Below are positions 20,515-32,658 of a stretch of 64,000 bases of DNA, piece by piece. The notes beneath the pieces were generated by a model. That model worked only from the letters and a program-made list of their open reading frames with translations. It was not told the origin of the DNA and searched no databases. The stretch is from an uncultured Nitrospiraceae bacterium (lineage in GTDB: Bacteria > Nitrospirota > Nitrospiria > Nitrospirales > Nitrospiraceae): the NCBI GenBank assembly GCA_963846575.1, contig CAWJWJ010000002.1:32001-96000 (forward strand), written 5' to 3'. Position 1 is the first letter of the stretch. Each line of letters begins with the position of its first letter. The translations under genes and the position numbers were made by a program.

Positions 20515-22149
20515 ATGCTCGTGTTTCTCATACATGTACGTGACCCTCAGTTTTACGCCCTTCCAGCTAAAACGCGTGCCAAGAACGGACGGATTCGGGT
20601 GATGGGCTTCCCGCCTATCGGGATCATGTCCCTGTCGTCGGTCTTGAAGCGTGCAGGCCACGACTGCGTGATGTTCGACCAGGCGCACCCTGAGACCCCC
20701 AACGAGTTTATTGTTGAACAGATCAAACAACGGAAGCCGGCGCTGGTAGGGCTCAGCTTTCTCAGCACCACGAGCTACCCATACGCAAAGATTCTCGCCC
20801 GACAGATACGGGCAACCGATCAGGATGTGAAGCTGGCGTTCGGCGGGGTGTTTGCCAGCCTAAATGCGGGACTTGTCAAATTGCAATGTCCGGAGGTGGA
20901 CTTTGTCTGCCGTGGAGATGGGGAGCAACTGCTCCTGGATCTGCTTGATCGTATCGACGACCCGCAGGAAGTGGGCGGTCTCACTTGGGCAAAAGACGGC
21001 AGGGTGATCAATAATCCTAACCGGACTATGGAGCGCCATCTAGATCAATGGCCCTTCCCTGATCGGGAAAGTCTGGAATTGGATTTCGTCGAATCCATGC
21101 CATTGGATGTCCCCGCAGTGCTGTCCATGGAGCGGTTCACCACCATGCAAACATCACGCGGATGTCCATGGCCCTGCGTCTTTTGTGATATCCCCATTTT
21201 CAATGAGGGAAAGTGGCGGGCGCGTAGTGCCCAGCATGTCGTCGATGAGCTCAAGTACCTCGAGTCGAATGGTTACGGGTCCGTCTACTTCGTCGACGAT
21301 CACTTTCTCCTGCAGCCAAAGAGGATCGATGCAATTTGTAAAGGTGTCATTGACGCCAAGCTCTCAATCCAATGGGGGATCGAAGGCCGCGTGGACTCGG
21401 TGGCGCAGCATCTGTTCCCCGCCATGGCCAAGGCACACTGCCGAACGGTCATGTTTGGGATTGAAAGCGGAAGCCAGAAGATTCTCAATCGCCTCCAGAA
21501 AGAACAGACATTGGCAGAAGTCGAAACGGCCGTGAAGAACGCCAAAAAGGCCGGGATCGAAATCGTCCATGGGTTTTTTACCGTGGGGAACCCGGATGAA
21601 ACCGTCGAGGACATGCAGAAGACGTTCGATTTTGCTTCCAAGCTGCCGCTGGATACGTTTGGGTTCAACCGTCTTTGTGTTTATCGCGGAACACCACTTT
21701 GGCAGGAGTACGTGAAGCGCGGGTTGGTGACCGATGCCAAGGATTGGTACAAGTATTTTAAGTGTTCGGAGATTGATCCGACCTGTTTGCCGGGAGCGGT
21801 GATCAATACGGTGAGACAGGAAGGCCTGAAAAAACTGTTTATCTATAAATTAACCCGCTATCCGATTCAGACCTTCAAATTACTCCGGCGGTTTCTGCGG
21901 TATATGCCATTCCGGGATGTCGCCTATCTTATCATCAAGCCGTTTTTGGGGCAGAAGAAGGGCGCAACGAAGGCTGAAGTGCTCTCCAGAGCTGTCGAAC
22001 ATGCTGAGATGAAAGACGCCGCCGCGCAACTCACGCAACTGAGCGATGAACTCTTGCATAGCGTGTTAGAGGAGTCGAAGGCGGAACGCCAACGAATTCA
22101 GCAAGACGCAGAAACCTCACGTGAGCTTCCGATGGTAAACGTCCGCTGA
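20515..22149 (+). CDS. Cobalamin-binding radical SAM enzyme
   Basis: N-terminal B12-binding domain (PPIGIMSL, GGVFAS, RGDGE) and TSRGCPWPCVFC (CxxxCxxC), FVDDHF, GIESGS. Confidence 0.88.
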   Translation: MLVFLIHVRDPQFYALPAKTRAKNGRIRVMGFPPIGIMSLSSVLKRAGHDCVMFDQAHPETPNEFIVEQIKQRKPALVGLSFLSTTSYPYAKILARQIRATDQDVKLAFGGVFASLNAGLVKLQCPEVDFVCRGDGEQLLLDLLDRIDDPQEVGGLTWAKDGRVINNPNRTMERHLDQWPFPDRESLELDFVESMPLDVPAVLSMERFTTMQTSRGCPWPCVFCDIPIFNEGKWRARSAQHVVDELKYLESNGYGSVYFVDDHFLLQPKRIDAICKGVIDAKLSIQWGIEGRVDSVAQHLFPAMAKAHCRTVMFGIESGSQKILNRLQKEQTLAEVETAVKNAKKAGIEIVHGFFTVGNPDETVEDMQKTFDFASKLPLDTFGFNRLCVYRGTPLWQEYVKRGLVTDAKDWYKYFKCSEIDPTCLPGAVINTVRQEGLKKLFIYKLTRYPIQTFKLLRRFLRYMPFRDVAYLIIKPFLGQKKGATKAEVLSRAVEHAEMKDAAAQLTQLSDELLHSVLEESKAERQRIQQDAETSRELPMVNVR

Positions 22150-22683
22150 GGACTCACAATTTAGAATGAAATCTCCCGCATCTGCCTTGAGGGCAAGGCC
22201 TAACCCAATTCTCATGCCAATGGTAACCTCAACGATGGCTAAGTCGAAGACGAACCGCCGTCGGGTGTCCTTGCCGGCGCAAATCGACCGCAGGGTCGAG
22301 CTATGCTCGCTTTGAGGCTGTACGGAGCATCCATACCGGCGGATTCGTGATCACAAATATGACCGCGGAGTGCAGGAAAGCGCGTCCCCAGAAGCTCCGG
22401 TTTACACAACAGACGATGATCTGACCGGTCACGGTTTACTCTGGTCCCCCTCGAGTCCCCTACAGAATCAGTGCCTTTGCGCGGGCTTTTACCATCACAG
22501 ACTTTTTGGATACCACGCTAACCACGCGCCGGTTTCCATTGAAGCGATGCGGAGACGCATTGACTATCGCGGCGACGGACAGCCCGGTAAGGCCGGCGAT
22601 TCGAACAGCGCGAGTCGTCTGCTGCGGCCTGTTCTATAACGGTTCCGTTGGTTTGAAGGAGGAGAGGTGTGATGCCAGACAAG

Positions 22684-22709
22684 GCTGCGGTCGCCGAAGC
22701 GACCGCAGC
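22684..22709 (-). terminator. Hairpin downstream of ahcY, possible terminator
   Basis: Perfect 11-bp stem GCTGCGGTCGC / GCGACCGCAGC with a C(UUCG)G loop on the minus strand. Weak U-tract. Confidence 0.5.
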
Positions 22710-22780
22710 GGAAACAATCTCAAACAATGGCTCGTTCAACTGTCCCTTGGTGAGGAGATCCCAAGGGAGAAACGAGATGC

Positions 22781-25292
<2,512 letters not shown>

Positions 25293-25486
25293 TGTTCCCC
25301 CTGGAATTAAGTAGTACGAGGATTCGGTGATTGAGTCAGTTGATACGCGACTAAATGTGGAAGATGTTGCGCTCTCAGAACAATTCGGCAACTGCGCGGA
25401 AACTGAAGCAATACTAGCTGACGAGGGGCAATTTGTCCACCAATCAAAAGGTTTCAATCGATTCATGGAAAGTCGGAGGGGCTTGC

Positions 25487-25516
25487 TTGACAGTGCTTAA
25501 AGACGACTTGTAAGAT
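25487..25516 (+). promoter_or_regulatory. Putative sigma70 promoter of the cytochrome c maturation operon
   Basis: TTGACA-18 bp-TAAGAT upstream of resB. Confidence 0.55.
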
Positions 25517-25685
25517 GGCTTACTTTTCGCGCATTTGGCACAGTTATTTGCACGCGTTCTGCCCTGGAAATTCCAACCTAGTGAGTGTCGCCCTGTATTG
25601 GCGCAGACTCCCACCGGTAGCCTGCCATCGTTTATGATGATGGGACTGCATAATAGCAAGCCGGAGTAGATAGGTCTGTTAATTC

Positions 25686-27116
25686 ATGAACGGTAAACCC
25701 GACACAGCATCTGATTCGACCGTACCCGGCCCCTCCACATCCAGACTCGGCTGGGAGGAGTTTTCCCGCGAGGTGGTGGAGTTTTTTGCCTCCATCAAGC
25801 TGGCCATGTTTCTGTTCATAGCGCTCGCGATGACGGCCACGATAGGCACGGTTATTCAGCAGGGCGAGCGACCTGAAACCTACGTGCAAGAATACGGAGA
25901 AGACGCGTATCGTTGGTTTGTCCGGTTGGGTTTCATCGATGTTTATCACACCTGGTGGTTCACCAGTTTGCTGGGCCTCCTCTGCGTGAATTCTCTCACC
26001 TGCTTTCATAAACGGTTTCCGAGCGTGTGGCGGTCGATGCGTCAAGATAAGGTGAGCGTGTCCCTGGCGTTCATCAAGGGCATGAAGCAGCAGACGACCC
26101 TCTCGCTGACCCAGACCAAGGAAGCGGTTGCGGAGCATTTAGTGAGGCTGTTCGGCGAAAAAGGCTATCGCGTCCTGGCGAAGAGCGATCCCGGCGAGGT
26201 CACGGTCTATGCCACAAAAGGCATCATGGGCCGGGTCGGCGCGCACGTCGCCCATCTGAGCGCAACTGTGATCGTTCTCGGCGGGCTGTTGGGTAGCTAC
26301 TATGGTTTCCAGGAGTTTGGCGTCTGCCTTGAAGGGCAGACCTACCATATCCCACGAGGCAACTTTGATCTGCGTGTGGACAAGTTTTGGATCGATTACC
26401 ATGAAAACGGTTCGGTGAAATCTTACAACAGTACGTTAACCGTGCTCGATCAAGGACTTCCCACCGCGACTAAGACCATAACGGTCAACGACCCGTTGGT
26501 TTATAAGGGAATCTGGTTTTACCAGTCCAGTTATGGGGATGCCTGGGACCAGATCGAGGCGGCACGGATCAATATCAAGGAGAAGAATAGCGACAAAATC
26601 GTCGCTACGGTTGATCTGGAGTGGAACAAGGAAAAGGCGGTTGATGGGCTTCCGCTCAAAGTAAAGATGACGGATTTCGTCGCGGATTTTGCATTCAATT
26701 CAACTGAGAAGAAAGTGTTTTCGAAGACAGCCGAGCACGCTAACCCGGCGATCCGTTTGGCGGTGGACGAACGAAGTATCGTGCAGTCCACCCCCTGGGT
26801 GTTCTATCATTATCCTGATCTGTTCGAGATTAAAGATTCCGCATACCAATTCGAATTTGTTGGCTATCAACCCAAGAAATTCACCGGTCTGCAAATCGCG
26901 AGAAATCCAGGCATCAATATGGTGTGGATCGGGTGTACGATGCTGGTGGTGGGAATGACCTTGTCATCGCTCATTTATCATAGGCGGCTATGGGCGAAGA
27001 TCATACCAGGCGAGTCCGGTGTCACTGTCCATCTGGGCGGGACGACGCACAAGAGTCAGATCGACTTCCAAAAGGAATTCAAAAAACTCACGGAAAAGGT
27101 CCAGTCCCAGACCTGA
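25686..27116 (+). CDS. resB: Cytochrome c biogenesis protein ResB/Ccs1 (system II)
   Basis: GTVIQQG, DVYHTWWF, HVAHLS, ITVNDPL, YQSSY and TGLQIARNPG motifs. Confidence 0.9.
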   Translation: MNGKPDTASDSTVPGPSTSRLGWEEFSREVVEFFASIKLAMFLFIALAMTATIGTVIQQGERPETYVQEYGEDAYRWFVRLGFIDVYHTWWFTSLLGLLCVNSLTCFHKRFPSVWRSMRQDKVSVSLAFIKGMKQQTTLSLTQTKEAVAEHLVRLFGEKGYRVLAKSDPGEVTVYATKGIMGRVGAHVAHLSATVIVLGGLLGSYYGFQEFGVCLEGQTYHIPRGNFDLRVDKFWIDYHENGSVKSYNSTLTVLDQGLPTATKTITVNDPLVYKGIWFYQSSYGDAWDQIEAARINIKEKNSDKIVATVDLEWNKEKAVDGLPLKVKMTDFVADFAFNSTEKKVFSKTAEHANPAIRLAVDERSIVQSTPWVFYHYPDLFEIKDSAYQFEFVGYQPKKFTGLQIARNPGINMVWIGCTMLVVGMTLSSLIYHRRLWAKIIPGESGVTVHLGGTTHKSQIDFQKEFKKLTEKVQSQT

Positions 27117-27193
27117 TACCGAACCGCTATGCAGCGTGGCTGTGAGAAGAGTGGAAACCGGTCCGCTGCAATCTACGATAGACGGAGGCCTGT

Positions 27194-28108
27194 ATGATGC
27201 GATCACTGTTTCTTTTTGATATGACCTTCTGGCTGTACCTGGCTGCGTTGGGTTTGTATGTGGCGTATCTGTTTGCGAAACGTCCCGCCATGCAGTTGGC
27301 TCCGGCCGGGCACCCGATCGAAGACATAGAAGCGCGTGATGGCACCTGGGCTACCCAGTTGGGGCAAGTGGCTACATTGGTTACGGTGTTCGGGTGGGTG
27401 CTGAATACGCTGGCCTTGACGACGCGGGCGTTTGAGCGGATGGAACATTCCGGTACCTTCGCCCCCTGGTCGAATCAATTCGAAGCCATGGCCTACGTGT
27501 CCTGGGCGATCATCCTGGGCTACGTACTCTTGGAGTTCAGATACCGGATCAAGGCAGTCGGAGCGTTCGTCGTCGGGATAGGATTCATCGCGATGGGCGC
27601 GGCATCGCTTCTGCCCTATCGATATCAAACTGCCGAGCCGTTGGTGCCGGCGCTCAATAGTTATTGGATTTACATCCATGTGTCAGTCACCTTGACGAGT
27701 TACGCTGCGTTTGCCATGGCAGGGGGACTGGGGGTGATGTATTTGTTCAAGGAGCGGGCCGTCAATCGTGGAAGTCAGTCACGCTTTTTCGCTGCTTTTC
27801 CGGATCTCGAAACGATTGATGAACTTGGATACAAGGCGATTATGCTCGGCTTCCCCCTCTTGGCATTCGGCATCATTCTAGGGGCGATGTGGGCTAACTA
27901 TGCGTGGGGTGGTTACTGGAGCTGGGATCCTAAGGAAACCTGGTCGTTAATTGTGTGGCTCATTTACGGGGCCTATATCCATGCCCGCATGACGCGAGGA
28001 TGGGAGGGGCATAAGGCTGCTATCTATGCGATCTTCGGATTTCTCATGGTTGTGTTTTGTTTCTGGGGAGTGAATTTTCTGCTCTCCGGCTTGCATGCAT
28101 ATGCCTAA
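27194..28108 (+). CDS. resC: Cytochrome c biogenesis protein ResC/CcsA (WWD domain)
   Basis: PALNSYWIYIH, WANYAWGGYWSWDPKETW and C-terminal GLHAYA motifs. Confidence 0.94.
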   Translation: MMRSLFLFDMTFWLYLAALGLYVAYLFAKRPAMQLAPAGHPIEDIEARDGTWATQLGQVATLVTVFGWVLNTLALTTRAFERMEHSGTFAPWSNQFEAMAYVSWAIILGYVLLEFRYRIKAVGAFVVGIGFIAMGAASLLPYRYQTAEPLVPALNSYWIYIHVSVTLTSYAAFAMAGGLGVMYLFKERAVNRGSQSRFFAAFPDLETIDELGYKAIMLGFPLLAFGIILGAMWANYAWGGYWSWDPKETWSLIVWLIYGAYIHARMTRGWEGHKAAIYAIFGFLMVVFCFWGVNFLLSGLHAYA

Positions 28109-28111
28109 GCG

Positions 28112-28735
28112 ATGGCTGATCAATTGAGCCAAAGTTCCGCCGGAGCCGTGCAGCAGTCTGGGCCATCCCGGACTGTGGTGGTGCTTGCCGCCGCCGCCAT
28201 CCTTGCAGTGATGTTTTTGGTCGTCTGGCTGCAGAGTTCCAAGTATGAGCCCCTGCTGGTGGGGAAGGTGGCGCCTGACTTCCAACTACCCGACTTGGAC
28301 GACAAGCAGCTGCGGCTTTCCGACTACCGTGGGAAGGTGGTTTTTCTGAACTTTTGGGCGACCTGGTGTAAGCCTTGCCGGGAGGAAATGCCTTCAATGG
28401 AAGTCTTGTACAAGAACTTTGAAAAGGACGGGCTGGTGATCCTCGCGGTCAGCATTGATCGCGTCACCACGAAGAAGGATATTCCGCCCTTTGTCAAAGG
28501 ACTCAATCTCACGTTTCCCGTCTTAGTGGATTCATGGGGACAGACCGACAAGAGGTACAAGCTGATGGGGGTCCCAGAAACCTACATCATCGACCAGCAG
28601 GGTGTCCTGCGGGAAAAAGTCATCGGGCCTCGTGATTGGACACGGTTAGACAATCTCAAGGTGCTGACTCAACTTCTCAAGACCGGAGAGAAGGCTGCCC
28701 GAGCGTCCTCGGTTCTGGAAGCGCCAGCGTTGTAG
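28112..28735 (+). CDS. resA: ResA/TlpA thiol-disulfide oxidoreductase
   Basis: N-terminal TM anchor, NFWATWCKPCREEMP and GVPET motifs. Confidence 0.88.
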   Translation: MADQLSQSSAGAVQQSGPSRTVVVLAAAAILAVMFLVVWLQSSKYEPLLVGKVAPDFQLPDLDDKQLRLSDYRGKVVFLNFWATWCKPCREEMPSMEVLYKNFEKDGLVILAVSIDRVTTKKDIPPFVKGLNLTFPVLVDSWGQTDKRYKLMGVPETYIIDQQGVLREKVIGPRDWTRLDNLKVLTQLLKTGEKAARASSVLEAPAL

Positions 28736-28744
28736 GCGGACACC

Positions 28745-29299
28745 ATGAATTACTGGATTTTATATGGGATGATCGGTGTCGTGGTGGCGAACGGACTCGT
28801 GACGGCCGACGCGCGCGCCGCTTCCCCGCCGGCTGGGGGACCGCTCGTCATAGTCGATCGCGCTCCTCAGATCGATGAAGAGGCGCCGAACTTTCTCCTG
28901 AAAGACTCGCAAGGGTTCAATGTCACGCTGGATCAATTTCGAGGGAAAGTCGTTTTGCTGAACTTTTGGGCAACCTGGTGCGGGCCCTGCAAGGTTGAGA
29001 TGCCGGCCATGGAACGGCTCTACCGGTCCTTCAGTCGGGCAGAATTTGAGATCCTGGCCGTCTCGACTGATGCTCAGGGAGCTGCCGTCACCCGTCCCTT
29101 TCAACAGGAGGCAGGCTTCACCTTTCCCGTATTGCATGATGCCGACTTCCGGATTGGTCTCCGGTACGGGGCACGCCAGCTTCCGATGACATTTCTCATC
29201 GATCGAAACGGGATTATTCGCAACCGTATTCCCGGGGCCCGTGATTGGAACACGCCTGCGGGGAAGCGGTTGGTGGAATCGTTGCTTCAGGGGTCGTGA
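28745..29299 (+). CDS. Second TlpA/ResA-family oxidoreductase
   Basis: Signal-like N-terminus, NFWATWCGPCKVEMP and LPMTFLID motifs. Confidence 0.88.
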   Translation: MNYWILYGMIGVVVANGLVTADARAASPPAGGPLVIVDRAPQIDEEAPNFLLKDSQGFNVTLDQFRGKVVLLNFWATWCGPCKVEMPAMERLYRSFSRAEFEILAVSTDAQGAAVTRPFQQEAGFTFPVLHDADFRIGLRYGARQLPMTFLIDRNGIIRNRIPGARDWNTPAGKRLVESLLQGS

Positions 29300-29301
29300 G
29301 C

Positions 29302-30048
29302 ATGACGGACTCCGTCCAGTCGATTTCGTTGATTGCCGCTTTTTCCGCCGGACTGCTGTCCTTTGTCTCGCCTTGTGTGCTTCCGCTGGTTCCATCGTAC
29401 ATTTCGTACATCACGGGCCTCTCAATCGAACAGCTGACCGATGTGTCCGAAAGAAGTCGGTTCCGGAAAGCGATCGTTGTGAACTCGCTGTTGTTTATCG
29501 CCGGGTTCTCTACGGTGTTCGTGGCGTTCGGAGCTTCGGCCAGCTTTCTGGGACAGATGCTGATCACCTATCAAGAGCACTTGCGGCGGTTCGGGGGGAT
29601 CGTGGTCATTTTGTTCGGCCTCTACCTGCTCGGGATCTTGAATTTGAATTTTCTTAAAATGGAGCATCGCTACCAATTTCGGAGCCGGCCTGCTGGCTTG
29701 CTTGGATCTTTTTTAATCGGCATCGCGTTTGCGGCTGGCTGGACTCCCTGCGTGGGGCCGGTACTGGGAACCATCCTGCTGTACGCAAGTACGACCGAAT
29801 CGATGTTCAGCGGTGTGGTGTTGCTCACGTTTTACTCGATGGGTTTGGCATTGCCCCTGTTCTTGACGGCCCTGGGTGTCGATCGGTTTCTTAGCTATTT
29901 TAAGGAAGTGCGGGCATATCTCTGGGGCGTCTCCACTGTCAGCGGGGTGCTACTCATCGTGGTGGGCGTGATGATTTACGGGAATTCGCTCACGATGATT
30001 ACGAGTTTTCTGGAACGGTATGGGATTGGTTGGTATCTCGGGCAGTAA
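29302..30048 (+). CDS. ccdA: CcdA transmembrane electron transporter
   Basis: SFVSPCVLPLVP and GWTPCVGP motifs; about 6 TM segments. Confidence 0.92.
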   Translation: MTDSVQSISLIAAFSAGLLSFVSPCVLPLVPSYISYITGLSIEQLTDVSERSRFRKAIVVNSLLFIAGFSTVFVAFGASASFLGQMLITYQEHLRRFGGIVVILFGLYLLGILNLNFLKMEHRYQFRSRPAGLLGSFLIGIAFAAGWTPCVGPVLGTILLYASTTESMFSGVVLLTFYSMGLALPLFLTALGVDRFLSYFKEVRAYLWGVSTVSGVLLIVVGVMIYGNSLTMITSFLERYGIGWYLGQ

Positions 30049-30163
30049 CTCGGATGGTGGGCTCCTCCCTCGCTAATTCTCCTCCGCATGTGCGAACTGT
30101 GTGACCGCTTCAGGTTCCAAAGCCACGGACTCAGGGCGTACCCGTCACGATCGGTCGTGGTGC

Positions 30164-31372
30164 ATGGCTGAGAGGCACGACGCCGGGATCTATGATGTCG
30201 CGATAGTCGGTTTGGGACCGGCTGGTGCATCCGCGGCGACGGTACTGAGCCGAGGCGGTCTGGCCGTACTGGGGTTCGACAAAGCCGTACACCCTCGAGA
30301 CAAGATCTGCGGTGGCGGCTTGTCGGCACGCATCGCCCAGCTACTAGACCCCCAATTTCAATCGGTGGTCGAGCGTACGGTCCATGGGGTCCGGTTCGTG
30401 TATCGGGGACAAGACCCGCTACTGATTGAATCGCCGCGACCGATTGCCTATATGGTCATGCGGAATCGCTTCGACCATTATTTACTTGAGGAAGCCTGTC
30501 GTGCCGGGACCCAGGTTCGGAATGGGGAAGGAGTGATTGCTCTCCGCCAGGAGTCCGACATGGTAGAGATTACCACGGCTCAGGGTCGATATCGGGCAAG
30601 GATGGTAATCGGAGCAGACGGAGCCAATAGTACAGTGGCACGGCACCTGTTTCCACATCGCGCCCTCACTCTTGCTCCGGCCCTGGAAAGCGAGGTGCCC
30701 ATTGAGGATGGCCGTCATTATCCCGGCCCCTCGACCATTCTGGTTGACGTTGGGGCGGCTCGGCAAGGGTATGGATGGATTTTCCCTAAAGAAGGCTGCC
30801 TGTCCGTGGGGATCGGAGAATTTCGAGGCAAGTCGACGAGTTTGCGTAAGACTTTCGACCGATTCATTCAGGGAGAACCCGGCCTCGTCGAACGGACGGT
30901 GCCACGTCCGATGGGTCATCCCATCCCAGCGTTTTCGAATCGCGGCCCGGAGCGGGGACCGCGCGCGTTGTCACACTTTGTCAGCGGCCGGGCGTTACTG
31001 GTCGGGGATGCAGGCCATTTAGTCGACCCATTGTTCGGTGAGGGGATTTATTACGCGGTGCGTTCTGGGCAACTGGCTGCCCGGTCTATCCTGTCGAACG
31101 GCTGCGACTACCGTCTGTCGACGGCAGCGTATGAGGCGGGGTTGGATCAGGATATTCTGCCCGACTTCCGGATCACAGCTCGCGTCGCCAGCGTGGTCTA
31201 CGGATTTCCCAGACTTGCGTTCAAACTCCTCAGACGCTACGAGGATGTCGTCCAGGCCTATTATGAAGTGTTGCAGGGACGTATCTCTGCTCAACAGTTT
31301 TTGAGCAATGCAAAAAAACGTCTGAAGGGATCGGTCAGCGACCTGCTGCTTGAAGCCTTACACTTGCGGTAG
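30164..31372 (+). CDS. Geranylgeranyl reductase-family FAD oxidoreductase
   Basis: VGLGPAG, PRDKICGGG, GADGANS, GYGWIFPK and GDAGHLVDPLFGEGI motifs. Start uncertain. Confidence 0.85.
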   Translation: MAERHDAGIYDVAIVGLGPAGASAATVLSRGGLAVLGFDKAVHPRDKICGGGLSARIAQLLDPQFQSVVERTVHGVRFVYRGQDPLLIESPRPIAYMVMRNRFDHYLLEEACRAGTQVRNGEGVIALRQESDMVEITTAQGRYRARMVIGADGANSTVARHLFPHRALTLAPALESEVPIEDGRHYPGPSTILVDVGAARQGYGWIFPKEGCLSVGIGEFRGKSTSLRKTFDRFIQGEPGLVERTVPRPMGHPIPAFSNRGPERGPRALSHFVSGRALLVGDAGHLVDPLFGEGIYYAVRSGQLAARSILSNGCDYRLSTAAYEAGLDQDILPDFRITARVASVVYGFPRLAFKLLRRYEDVVQAYYEVLQGRISAQQFLSNAKKRLKGSVSDLLLEALHLR

Positions 31373-31399
31373 GTCGGTTGAACCGGGAAGAGCGCAGGG

Positions 31400-32320
31400 T
31401 CAGCACCAGGCTCCGAGGCGGCAGGCGACGAATGGTTGTCGCAACGACAGGCCGGCCGTGTCAGGTTGTGGTTGCTCGGTCGATGCCCTGATGGAAGGGA
31501 GGCTCGATGACGAAGCGGAGGCAGCAAAGACTTGAGTGGCCAATGGGGAATCGGCAGTGCGTGTGCCGGCGTCAGCTACGACGGCTGGAGGAGATGAAGA
31601 GGGCTTTTTATCCAGTTTAGCCAATAACCGGCGACCGTCTCCAGAAAATTGACTATTCGGATATTTCTCTGTCAGGAGCTGGAGTTTTTCCACCGCCCAA
31701 TCGTTGGCTCCGAGTTCCTGGTAGGTCAAGGCCAGATAGTACAGCGCTTCCGGTGCCACTTGTTTATCCGCATAGTCCTTCATGATCTGGTCAAAACGAT
31801 GGGCCGCTGCAAGGTAGGAGGCTCGACGATAGTAGAACTGCCCCACGAATAGGTGGGTTTTGGCCAACCAATCGTGGCAGTCATCTAACCGTTGAAGGGC
31901 CTGGCCTTCATACTTGCTGCCCGGGAAGTCTTTCCGCAGTTTCTCGAAGGCGGCAATAGCCTTTTGAATGGGTTCCGGGTCGCGATCGATTGACTTGGCC
32001 ATTCGCAGGTGGCTTTCCGCCATCCGGAACTGCGCGTAGACGGCCAACTGATGCGCGCGATGCAGTTCAAGAAAATGCTGATATTCGACGATGGCCTCGG
32101 CATACTCCTCTTTGTCAAAAAAAGCCTCGCCGCGTTTCATGATCACATTCGGGTCATAGTTCTTTTCGATAGTGTCGCCGAGGAATATTTGCTCATCGGT
32201 ACCGCTCACGGGCTTGCCCGAGGCAGTGCTTTTCGGCTTGCTTGAACAGCCGGCTGCCAAGAAGGACAGTGCGACAATTACAGCGAGGCCATTACACAGT
32301 CCCTTCGAACGCAAAGGCAT
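31400..32320 (-). CDS. bamD: Outer membrane protein assembly lipoprotein BamD
   Basis: Lipobox-like AAGC, TPR repeats, IDRDPE, FYYRRASYLAAAHRF and YPNS motifs. Confidence 0.85.
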   Translation of the reverse strand: MPLRSKGLCNGLAVIVALSFLAAGCSSKPKSTASGKPVSGTDEQIFLGDTIEKNYDPNVIMKRGEAFFDKEEYAEAIVEYQHFLELHRAHQLAVYAQFRMAESHLRMAKSIDRDPEPIQKAIAAFEKLRKDFPGSKYEGQALQRLDDCHDWLAKTHLFVGQFYYRRASYLAAAHRFDQIMKDYADKQVAPEALYYLALTYQELGANDWAVEKLQLLTEKYPNSQFSGDGRRLLAKLDKKPSSSPPAVVADAGTRTADSPLATQVFAASASSSSLPSIRASTEQPQPDTAGLSLRQPFVACRLGAWC

Positions 32321-32557
32321 TCAACGACTCCTCAAGATCATATCGGGTGGAGGGGTAAGAGGTCGCGCGACCGGAATTTTTTTAGCAGATCAAGAGGTAA
32401 AAAGCAATGAAATCAACATCTCCCTCGCGCTCGTGAGTCGACGAGTGTGGGCTTCGACAGCTGACCGCCTGGTTCAGGTCGTTGTCATCTGAGTTCTTGC
32501 TTGTCCATTTGCTATGGCCCACTTTGGGGCGAACCGTCTCGAAGTGAGGGCTGGTGG

Positions 32558-32586
32558 TTGACCCTCTGGGGCGCGGGTCCTATAAT
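32558..32586 (+). promoter_or_regulatory. Sigma70 promoter of fabH-DUF47-pit
   Basis: TTGACC-17 bp-TATAAT. It lies downstream of the track's 32554 start, so the real start is later. Confidence 0.7.
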
Positions 32587-32658
32587 CGCGCCGCGGCTCA
32601 TGATGCAGGGCAGCGTGTCATAGTCCGCGAACTTCAACGAGACTCCAGCAGGGACCTT

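Noticed and set aside
25293..25486. Possible SAM riboswitch upstream of metK
   Set aside because: No SAM-I or SAM-II consensus elements or terminator are visible by eye. An Rfam scan would be decisive.
25536..25551. Sigma54-like TGGCAC...TTGC upstream of resB
   Set aside because: GG-to-GC spacing is 11 nt rather than the strict 10.
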